Of a stretch of DNA of 20,000 bases, positions 1 to 6,503 are shown piece by piece. Within the stretch, counting starts at the first letter, position 1. The number at the start of each line of letters is the position of its first letter. The stretch is from the IMG/VR virus record IMGVR_UViG_2651870170_000001. The stretch is one strand, 5' to 3'. The translations under genes and the position numbers were made by a program. Below the pieces are notes generated by a model. The model was not told the origin of the DNA, ran no database searches, and worked only from the letters and a program-made list of their open reading frames with translations. Source of the stretch: an uncultured virus (IMG/VR IMGVR_UViG_2651870170_000001). Lineage: Duplodnaviria > Heunggongvirae > Uroviricota > Caudoviricetes.

Positions 1-21
1 GTCGATAGAGTTTTTAGCCAA
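1..21 (-). CDS. 5' end of a truncated gene (MAKNSID...), possibly a phage ParB-like protein
   Basis: AAGGAG Shine-Dalgarno 6 nt before a TTG start; N-terminus recalls lambdoid ParB-like early proteins, but only 7 codons are visible. Confidence 0.35.
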
Positions 22-51
22 TTGAGGCTCCTTGCTTGTCGTATTGGTCGC

Positions 52-150
52 TCACAAAGCCCCCTGAACCCGCATAACCAGCGCACAAACTGCCCAGAGC
101 GCGAGGAATCCGCCGAGGACTAGGGAGGTGAGAATCAGCAGAGGCTTCAT
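52..150 (-). CDS. Small membrane peptide (32 aa, MKPLLILTSLVLGG...)
   Basis: ATGA overlap with the upstream gene, GGAG RBS, single hydrophobic helix. Confidence 0.55.
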   Translation of the reverse strand: MKPLLILTSLVLGGFLALWAVCALVMRVQGAL

Positions 151-461
151 GCTGGCTCCCGGAGGTCTTCGATAATCTCGTCGTCGACAGGAACGCCGGA
201 AATCGGGCGAAGAATTGCGTCTTGAATGCTTCTCTCGCGAAAGAGAAGGAATCGGCCTAGGCTGGTTTTCATCGGCAAAGGCGTCGAACTTCTGACGAAC
301 CAGCAGGGAGCCTCTATCCGCAGATACACCACATCTCCAGCAATAGACGGATAAGCCTCTCCGGGAACTGCGCGACGCAGGATCTCGACCACGCGACCGG
401 TAAGACCGGGTGTTGCACATGGGCCTACGATGATTGCCAGATCGCCAGGTTTTACGTTCAC
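147..461 (-). CDS. Phage hypothetical protein (MNVKPGDLAIIV...)
   Basis: GTG start overlapping the upstream stop (GTGA), GGAGG RBS; KPGDLA start is typical of small betaproteobacterial phage proteins. Confidence 0.75.
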   Translation of the reverse strand: MNVKPGDLAIIVGPCATPGLTGRVVEILRRAVPGEAYPSIAGDVVYLRIEAPCWFVRSSTPLPMKTSLGRFLLFRERSIQDAILRPISGVPVDDEIIEDLREPA

Positions 462-655
462 AGCACACCTCCAATCAAACACTCCACGACACCAGCAATA
501 GCCAGTGCACAGAGCAGGGCAAGCGAAACGAAAAACGTCGCCGGCGACTCAAGAACCCGGTCGACGATGGAACGGTCGCGGGGCACGTAGCGAAGGCTGC
601 GATACCAGTGGTCGCGCTGCATGGCGGTAGTGACTGCGCCGTTGGTGGGGGTCAT
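458..655 (-). CDS. Phage hypothetical membrane protein
   Basis: ATGA coupling to the cII-like gene, C-terminal hydrophobic helix. Confidence 0.7.
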   Translation of the reverse strand: MTPTNGAVTTAMQRDHWYRSLRYVPRDRSIVDRVLESPATFFVSLALLCALAIAGVVECLIGGVL

Positions 656-1053
656 GCCGCACTCCTGATCTCAGTGAACAGACGGCGCTCGACCGCGCGT
701 TCGGCTCTTTCTTGCGCGAGTTCCTCGCGGGTAATCCTCAACTCGCGCTCAAGTTCCGTCTCTTGCCGGCGCAGGCTGTAAAGGTCATAGCCACGTTGAT
801 GCAGCATCCACAGGAGCGGCGCATCGTTACCGCACACGTCCATCAGCTTCACGAACTTGGCCCACACGATTCCTTCCTGCCCCGACTGCCAGCGGCTGAA
901 CTGGGCCTTGTCGACTTCCAGTTCCTGCTGCAGCGTCTTATCCAGTTCAAAGCCTGCTGCCTTGGCGCAAAGACCGATCGCGCCGCCTAGTGACTTCTCC
1001 CGCTCAATCTCGCGGGCCGTTACTTCAACAGGGATTCCGGCTTGGGTACTCAT
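652..1053 (-). CDS. CII-like HTH transcriptional regulator
   Basis: Directly downstream of cro; HTH-like DKTLQQELEVDKAQFSRWQSG plus C-terminal coiled coil; start taken at ATG 1053 (MSTQAG). Confidence 0.7.
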   Translation of the reverse strand: MSTQAGIPVEVTAREIEREKSLGGAIGLCAKAAGFELDKTLQQELEVDKAQFSRWQSGQEGIVWAKFVKLMDVCGNDAPLLWMLHQRGYDLYSLRRQETELERELRITREELAQERAERAVERRLFTEIRSAA

Positions 1054-1176
1054 GGTCAGCAACCTTGTTGTGTGGTGTTGAGAGGCTAAAAAGGGCCAAA
1101 GTAAAGGCTGACAACTTCGCCAGCCTTCTGCCCTGATATGAACTACTGCCCCCAACCCGCTAGTTATGTATTGTTG

Positions 1177-1515
1177 TTAAACAGCTCGCGTTGCGGCTCG
1201 CGCCTGCTTAGTAGTACTACTGGTCCCGCCGACAGGTGGCTGAACATCGTCGCTTGCGTCCAGATCCCTCAGGTGCTCCGGCAACCCATCAGATGGATGG
1301 GGATAAAGCCGAGGTGCCAGTTGATGCGGAGTCCACTTCCACTGCGTTTGCTCGGACAGCCAGAGCACCCGGCCCGGAGGCAGCTTCTTGCGCCATTTAC
1401 TGATCGCCCAGGGACTCAGTTTCAGCAATCGCGCGACAGCGCTGTCTCCGCCAAGGTCATCAAGGGCCTCAGCGACGGAGGGCGGAGCGGATTCGGTATC
1501 ATGTTCGGTAGCCAT
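1177..1515 (-). CDS. cro: Cro/YdaS-like repressor
   Basis: GGDSAVARLLKLSPWAISKW HTH and TPHQLAPRLYPHPSDGLP motif typical of YdaS/Cro; divergent from cI; start 1515 or 1521. Confidence 0.85.
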   Translation of the reverse strand: MATEHDTESAPPSVAEALDDLGGDSAVARLLKLSPWAISKWRKKLPPGRVLWLSEQTQWKWTPHQLAPRLYPHPSDGLPEHLRDLDASDDVQPPVGGTSSTTKQARAATRAV

Positions 1516-1521
1516 GACCAC

Positions 1522-1608
1522 ATGATGCTACACAAAGTAGAAAACATCAAGAACAAAAAGTAGAAATGACGGATGCTCCTACTCCTGATAGCCTTCTACC
1601 TATGGTAG
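1522..1608. promoter_or_regulatory. OR operator cluster / pR region (CTAC-N5-GTAG palindromes)
   Basis: ctacacaaagtag 1528-1540, gaacaaaaagtag 1551-1563, ctactcctgatag 1579-1591, ctacctatggtag 1596-1608; minus-strand TTGATG (1550-1545) -17 bp- CATCAT candidate promoter for cro. Confidence 0.75.
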
Positions 1609-2654
1609 AAACAACAGATCAATACCCGGTGAGGTACCCGGAGTTCGCGGCACGCCTGCAGAAAGCAATGGCGGATAAACCTATCGACGTGAACGGGGTA
1701 GTTGAGTACTTCAAACAGAACCAGAAGAAAATCACGTACGAGATGGTGCGTCGCTACAAGGAGGGCCGGGCGATGCCGAGAACGGAAAGGCTCGAGCTAT
1801 TGGCCGCCGCCGTGGGCGTCAAGCCCGTGGATCTCGTCTACGGAGAGGAAGAGGGTGCAGAAGATGCATCCGATGAGCATAAAAAGGACGCCGGCGATGT
1901 TCCGATCAGCGAGCCGTTGGGACTCATATTTGACAATTCAGCAGAAAGCGAAGAGGCTACGCTACTTGCTGGAATGTCCTCCCCTCAGCAGCGTCTTAAA
2001 GCAGCTCTAGGACCAGAATCCGTGTCTGCCGAGGCTTTAGCGAGCATCGCAAAGGTCGGCATAGACGTCGCTTCCCAGTGGTTGGCCGGAGAGGGCCAGG
2101 AAATTACACTGCTGCAGGCGATTGCGATACAAAACACATACGGGGTCAACTCTGTTTGGCTGACAAAGGGATTGGGCAATCCTGGCGTCGCGGTGCGCTG
2201 GAGCGATGAGTACCGTCCGATCCCCATTAAAGGCTTCAGAGTTATTCCGGTGGTAGGCATGGCACAGCTTGGAGACAACGGGCATTGGTCGGACCTGGAA
2301 TATCCTGTAGGGCATGGCAACGGTTACGTCGACTTCCCCTCAAGAGACAAGGACGCCTATGCTTTGAAGTGCGAAGGGGACTCAATGTCGCCCCGCATAG
2401 AAGCAGGTGAGTTTGTAATCTGCGAACCCAATACACCCGTCAAGGCGGGGAAGAACGTTCTCCTGAAGTCCAAGGATGGACGGGTGATGGTCAAGAAGTT
2501 CCTCTACAGCGCTGCGGGGCGCGTCTACCTCATTTCCATCAACAAGGCTCACCCGCCGATCTCCTTCGCCAGGGAAGAGATCGAAAAGATGCACTTCATC
2601 CGAGCCATCGTCGACGAAGATTCCTGGATACCCGATCTTCCGACCTCGGTCTGA
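1602..2654 (+). CDS. cI: CI-like repressor: two XRE-like HTH domains plus S24 autopeptidase
   Basis: HTH1 FAARLQKAM...ITYEMVRRYKEGRAMP; HTH2 QRLKAAL...VASQWLAG...VNSVWLTKG; S24 motifs IPVVG, GDSM (Ser), VKK (Lys); start 1602 or 1566. Confidence 0.9.
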   Translation: MVETTDQYPVRYPEFAARLQKAMADKPIDVNGVVEYFKQNQKKITYEMVRRYKEGRAMPRTERLELLAAAVGVKPVDLVYGEEEGAEDASDEHKKDAGDVPISEPLGLIFDNSAESEEATLLAGMSSPQQRLKAALGPESVSAEALASIAKVGIDVASQWLAGEGQEITLLQAIAIQNTYGVNSVWLTKGLGNPGVAVRWSDEYRPIPIKGFRVIPVVGMAQLGDNGHWSDLEYPVGHGNGYVDFPSRDKDAYALKCEGDSMSPRIEAGEFVICEPNTPVKAGKNVLLKSKDGRVMVKKFLYSAAGRVYLISINKAHPPISFAREEIEKMHFIRAIVDEDSWIPDLPTSV

Positions 2655-2674
2655 TTTACTGACCGGACCCAAAC

Positions 2675-2698
2675 AGCCCGCCTTGAGCGGGCTTTTTT
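2675..2698 (+). terminator. Rho-independent terminator after cI
   Basis: agcccgc-cttga-gcgggct followed by a T run. Confidence 0.9.
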
Positions 2699-2716
2699 AC
2701 GACTGCAGAAAATCAA

Positions 2717-2767
2717 ATGCTACTTTCGGTCGAAAAAACTTGACATCGATGCTACGCAAAGTAGAAT
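2717..2767 (+). promoter_or_regulatory. pL-type sigma70 promoter with OL operators
   Basis: TTGACA 2740-2745, 16 bp spacer, TAGAAT 2762-2767; operator gatgctacgcaaagtagaa 2748-2766 is 18/19 identical to 1524-1542; second site ctactttcggtcg 2720-2732. Confidence 0.85.
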
Positions 2768-2805
2768 GAAGTCATCGAGTCACCCACACCACCCTGGAGG
2801 AAGAG

Positions 2806-3141
2806 ATGAACGCAGACCAGCGAGAGGAACTGATCGCCACAGTTAAGCAGACCGGCGAAGCACACGACGCAGCGAAGTTGGCGCTCGAGCTTTTCGAACG
2901 CGACCCGAAGAACAATGTTTTCGAGTCCCTCGCCAAGGCGGAGTACGAGCTTGAAGATGTTCTGCGCGACAGAGCGTCGGCTGATTGCGAAGGCTCGTAT
3001 AACTGCGGCGCCGACGAATACCGCCAAGGGTTTTTCGTTGATGGTGTCGAGTATGTCGCCATTGCGTCGGTGGAGTACAACCGGCACGACAAGACGTATT
3101 ACTACGTCGAAGAGTTCGATTTCAGCATCGAAGCAGTTTAA
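2806..3141 (+). CDS. Acidic phage hypothetical protein, first gene of the pL operon
   Basis: GGAGG RBS, 111 aa, strongly D/E-rich. Confidence 0.85.
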   Translation: MNADQREELIATVKQTGEAHDAAKLALELFERDPKNNVFESLAKAEYELEDVLRDRASADCEGSYNCGADEYRQGFFVDGVEYVAIASVEYNRHDKTYYYVEEFDFSIEAV

Positions 3142-3935
3142 CTGTCCGCAGCGAGAAGCCTTCCACGGTTTCTCAGTACGGATACCGCTTTAAATGCGCA
3201 TGGCCGCGCAGAAAAAGGCCCGTGACCCGGCAGAGCCGATAGCGAACGATCTTTAACCTGACCAGAAGGCATACCAGTAATGGCGGGGCCAACGCGCTAC
3301 CCCGGAGAAGATCGGCGCCTATCAAACCGTGGTGGTTCGGCTAGTGATCCACGGTGAGATTGATAACAGACATACGCAACCCGGAGCTGGCTCGGCCAGG
3401 TGTAGCCGGGTGCGTATGTGTAGCAGTTTTTCTGAAAGAGCGCTGAACTCCCAACACAGACTGAGTATCCGTCGCCAGTAGCCGCGTAGATCCGTTGGCC
3501 TCCCATAGCCCGGTAGCGCCGAACCCGACACGAAGGTCTCCCTGATAGTACCAGCGCTCTCCCAGAAGAATTGCAAGTTACACCCCGAGAGGGCCACGCT
3601 GCAGCAGCACGCAGCAATCCAGGCACATTCGAGAACTGGGTGAATCGCCTGGTAGGTCCGCACGCTAGGCAAGTGCGCCGAGTCTCCGGCAGCTTGCTTG
3701 ACCCTGCGCTGACGCAGTGGCACCCGACTCAAGATGTCCCGCCTCATATGGGGAATGACGAGCCGCCGCACGCGGGTAAGCGGCACCAATTCCTCGCCCT
3801 GCGGACAAAAGGGCATACGACCGGCCACTAGGCCATCAGCGAAAGGGGATGCCGCCCGCCAGGCGGCTTATTGAATAACTTGGGCGTCGCTTTGATGTAG
3901 GCGCTTAGGACTACAAATCTACGAAGGGGATCGAC
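3142..3935 (+). ncRNA. Candidate long structured non-coding RNA/leader (about 790 nt)
   Basis: No ORF with a credible RBS; consecutive hairpins and long-range stems, many with G-U pairs that favour the + strand. Confidence 0.55.
3247..3283 (+). promoter_or_regulatory. boxA-like / nut-like antitermination site
   Basis: CGATCTTTAAC 3247-3257 (one mismatch to boxA consensus CGCTCTTTAAC), then a short cca-GTAA-tgg GNRA hairpin 3274-3283. Confidence 0.5.
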
Positions 3936-4742
3936 ATGAGTGATGAACAGAAGCAGGAACCGATTCAATCCGTGAAAGGCTTCAACGCAGACATGACGTG
4001 CCGAGGCTTCCAATTCGAACCGAACGGAACCTACACGCATTCAGGCGACGCGGTTGCATGCGAATCCGGCTTTCATGCGGTCTCTGGTTATCCGCTCGAA
4101 GTTCTGAAGTACTACCCGCCAGCAGGTAGCCGATTCTTTCATGTCGAGCAATCCGGCCAACTGGCTACGCATGCGGAAGATTCGAAGGTTGCCAGCACGG
4201 TCCTGAAGATCGGCGCGGAATTGAGCCTTGCGGGCCTTATCAGGCTGGCCGTTGAATACACGACGTCTCGCTGCAAGCCGATTGATCCCACATCGCCCGC
4301 ATGGTCGACTGAGACCAACGGGGCGGCGGTCGAGACCATCAAAAACGGTGCTGCCACGGCCAGCGGCGACAGCGGTGCTGCCACGGCCAGCGGCNNNNNN
4401 NNNNNNNNNNNNNNNNNNNNNNNNNNNNNNNNNNNNNNNNNNNNNNNNNNNNNNGGTGCTGCCACGGCCAGCGGCGACAGCGGTGCTGCCACGGCCAGCG
4501 GCGACAGCGGTGCTGCCACGGCAGAAGGCAAGCATTCCGTCGCGACCGCCTCTGGTTTTCACGGGAAGGCTCGAGGCGTCGAAGGTGCTGCGCTGTTCCT
4601 CGTCTACCGCGACGAAACATATGCCGACGACACACACGGCCGAATCCTTCACGCCAAGGCTGCAATCGTCGGACAGGCCGGAATCAAGGAGATGGTTTTT
4701 TACGCGCTGAATGCTAGCGGCGAAATTGTTGAAGCGGAGTAA
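3936..4742 (+). CDS. Phage protein with KGFNxDxTCRGFQF...CESGFHA domain (DUF7666-like) and GAATASGDS repeats
   Basis: Recognisable widespread phage N-terminal domain; 9-aa repeat region; frame preserved across the 60-N gap. Confidence 0.85.
   Translation: MSDEQKQEPIQSVKGFNADMTCRGFQFEPNGTYTHSGDAVACESGFHAVSGYPLEVLKYYPPAGSRFFHVEQSGQLATHAEDSKVASTVLKIGAELSLAGLIRLAVEYTTSRCKPIDPTSPAWSTETNGAAVETIKNGAATASGDSGAATASGXXXXXXXXXXXXXXXXXXXXGAATASGDSGAATASGDSGAATAEGKHSVATASGFHGKARGVEGAALFLVYRDETYADDTHGRILHAKAAIVGQAGIKEMVFYALNASGEIVEAE
4347..4522 (+). repeat. 27-bp coding tandem repeat (ggtgctgccacggccagcggcgacagc), about 6.5 units including the N gap
   Basis: Units start at 4347, 4374, 4455, 4482, 4509; N run 4395-4454 keeps the 27-bp register. 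Confidence 0.9.
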
Positions 4743-4745
4743 ATC

Positions 4746-4886
4746 ATGTTCTACACCGAGTTCGGCTTTCGGACGTACCGCGTCCGTACATCGCATTACA
4801 TTTTGCGGTTCGTGAATCACTACGACGAGTATGTCAACTCGGTCCTGGTGCGCAGCGCGGACTACAGCCAGATCTGTTTGCAGTGA
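4746..4886 (+). CDS. Small hypothetical protein (46 aa, MFYTEFGFRTYRV...)
   Basis: GGAG RBS, fills the gap between flanking genes; below the ORF track cutoff. Confidence 0.55.
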   Translation: MFYTEFGFRTYRVRTSHYILRFVNHYDEYVNSVLVRSADYSQICLQ

Positions 4887-4893
4887 GGACGAC

Positions 4894-5118
4894 ATGGATC
4901 AGAAAGAGCGAGACGCGTGGAACGCACGACCGATGGTCGTCACTGTGAAAGAGCATTGTCTGGAATGCAAAACACTGCAGGGGACGGTAGAGCCGCGCGA
5001 ATACGCATCGTACTGGCCCACTGTTTCCTTGAAATTGACGAGTTGCGCCCCTTGTTTCGAGATCGCCAAACAAAAGGCGATTACCGAGGCCAAGGCTGAG
5101 AGTAGTGCTTATTGCTGA
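4894..5118 (+). CDS. Small zinc-binding hypothetical protein
   Basis: GAGG RBS; CLEC and CAPC motifs. Confidence 0.7.
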   Translation: MDQKERDAWNARPMVVTVKEHCLECKTLQGTVEPREYASYWPTVSLKLTSCAPCFEIAKQKAITEAKAESSAYC

Positions 5119-5127
5119 GGAGGTGAA

Positions 5128-5460
5128 ATGAGCCCATTCGAAGAAGCGCTTAGCCACGCCGCCCAGCAATCGATTCTGAAGGTTGTCATGGACGGTCGCT
5201 GGATCGAGCCTGACTATGCGAACCGCTTCAAGATTCCCGCCGATCTAATTCGGGACATCTACGGCCTGGTCGACCGCGAAGCGTTAAAGGTGGCGATCGG
5301 CAAGCGTCTCGAAGAAGAACTCGCGGACCGGATCGTCAATGCGCTGGCCGCTGAAATTGCAACTGACATCAAGCAGATCCTGTCGGTCAAGGAGCGCCGC
5401 GAGGAAATCCGCGAAGTCGCACGGAAACATCTGCAGCACATCGCCAAAGAGGGGGTCTGA
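5128..5460 (+). CDS. Phage hypothetical helical protein
   Basis: GAGGAGG RBS, 110 aa. Confidence 0.8.
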   Translation: MSPFEEALSHAAQQSILKVVMDGRWIEPDYANRFKIPADLIRDIYGLVDREALKVAIGKRLEEELADRIVNALAAEIATDIKQILSVKERREEIREVARKHLQHIAKEGV

Positions 5461-5461
5461 C

Positions 5462-5809
5462 ATGTCCAAATTCGAACTCGCCCTAGCTATCTGGGCATTC
5501 CTTGCGGTATTTGCTGTCGTATTCAACCACGGCGGTCATCGCCGGAAAATTGAGGGGGAGCAAATGCCGCATTTCACTGATGAACAACTGGCCGAACTTG
5601 AAACGGCGTTCGGTATCAAGCGCCAGGACTCGTTGCCTGTACGCGATGGTCGAGTGACGCGTGAATCGATGGTCTGGTGGCGCGCGTTGACTGGCCCGGA
5701 ATGTGTGCGCGCCGACAGCGGGACGCATTGGCACAACATCAGCCAGTTTCCGCATGTGTATCAGATCACCAAGCCGATCTACAAAATTCAGTACACGGAT
5801 GAATCATGA
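5462..5809 (+). CDS. Hypothetical protein with N-terminal TM segment; second in-frame start at 5564
   Basis: RBS-preceded ATGs at 5462 and 5564 in the same frame. Confidence 0.65.
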   Translation: MSKFELALAIWAFLAVFAVVFNHGGHRRKIEGEQMPHFTDEQLAELETAFGIKRQDSLPVRDGRVTRESMVWWRALTGPECVRADSGTHWHNISQFPHVYQITKPIYKIQYTDES

Positions 5810-6036
5810 TCCTTGCCGACCAGCTCCGCTCAATCGTCGCCGAACAACTCTGCATGTCTCCCGCCGAGATAGCCGACCACGATTCCCTGTCGCAGAAACA
5901 CAAGATGGACAGCCTGGATCGCGTCGAGATCGGCCTGACAGTGGAGCATGTCCTGAAGGTCGAACTGGATGATGACGTGATGTTTCGGTTCGATACGATT
6001 GCCGCGCTGATTGAGGCGGTCGAAGTGGCGGCTTGA
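5806..6036 (+). CDS. Acyl carrier protein (phosphopantetheine-binding domain)
   Basis: 76 aa, acidic; LRSIVAEQL helix, MDSLDRVEI motif with conserved Ser, closely paralleling AcpP. Confidence 0.9.
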   Translation: MILADQLRSIVAEQLCMSPAEIADHDSLSQKHKMDSLDRVEIGLTVEHVLKVELDDDVMFRFDTIAALIEAVEVAA

Positions 6037-6317
6037 AGAATTGACGGGTTGCGGTCGCGCATCCCTTAACCGGTGGCCTGGTAATCAGGGCAATCCGGGG
6101 CCTTGAGCCCCGCGAGAAATACGGGTGCAACAGTTGGGCGACCGCGTGGTCCACGTCACGGACCGCCCTGACGAGTGCGTTCGCGTAGTCGCCAGGGCCA
6201 AAGCGGATTCTATCCGTTGATCCCGCAGCCGTTATTGCGCACCCGGGCGTAGGCGGGAAGTGCGCGGGTGAGGATGGTGTAGCGAGTAAGTCCTGACTAA
6301 ATTTCGGAGTACACATC
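6037..6317 (+). ncRNA. Candidate structured RNA (about 280 nt)
   Basis: ORF-free on +; stems 6051-6058/6138-6145, 6148-6152/6160-6164, 6165-6170/6193-6198 with UUCG loop, 6237-6242/6260-6265. Confidence 0.5.
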
Positions 6318-6503
6318 ATGGGTAAGAGAAACAACGAACTGCTCTGGGAGCAATTCCAGCCCGCACCCGAGCCGGACGAGGAAAACTCCGGCGTCGCACT
6401 GTGGGACGACGACGCATGGGGAAACCGGAACGAGGCTGATACCCATCAGAAACGCCTGCAAGCCGAGGCTGCTGGAGTGGGGATAGGGGAGTGGTACGCA
6501 TGA
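6318..6503 (+). CDS. Small acidic hypothetical protein
   Basis: GGAG RBS, ATGA coupling to the next gene. Confidence 0.65.
   Translation: MGKRNNELLWEQFQPAPEPDEENSGVALWDDDAWGNRNEADTHQKRLQAEAAGVGIGEWYA

Noticed and set aside
3189..3220. TTTAAAT slippery heptamer next to a pseudoknot (-1 frameshift signal)
   Set aside because: No 5-9 nt spacer and no credible translated ORF running through it
3297..4040. ORF-track ORFs 3297-3626(-), 3322-3828(-), 3571-3831(+), 3828-4040(-)
   Set aside because: No convincing RBS, no recognisable motifs, atypical composition, mostly antisense to the operon
4347..4522. CRISPR array or DGR repeat
   Set aside because: Head-to-tail repeats with no spacers, in frame within a CDS; no cas or reverse transcriptase gene in the window
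6165..6200. CTGACGA followed by a hairpin, resembling a hammerhead ribozyme core
   Set aside because: No GAAA after stem II and no stem I/III with an NUH site; the bases pair within a simple hairpin
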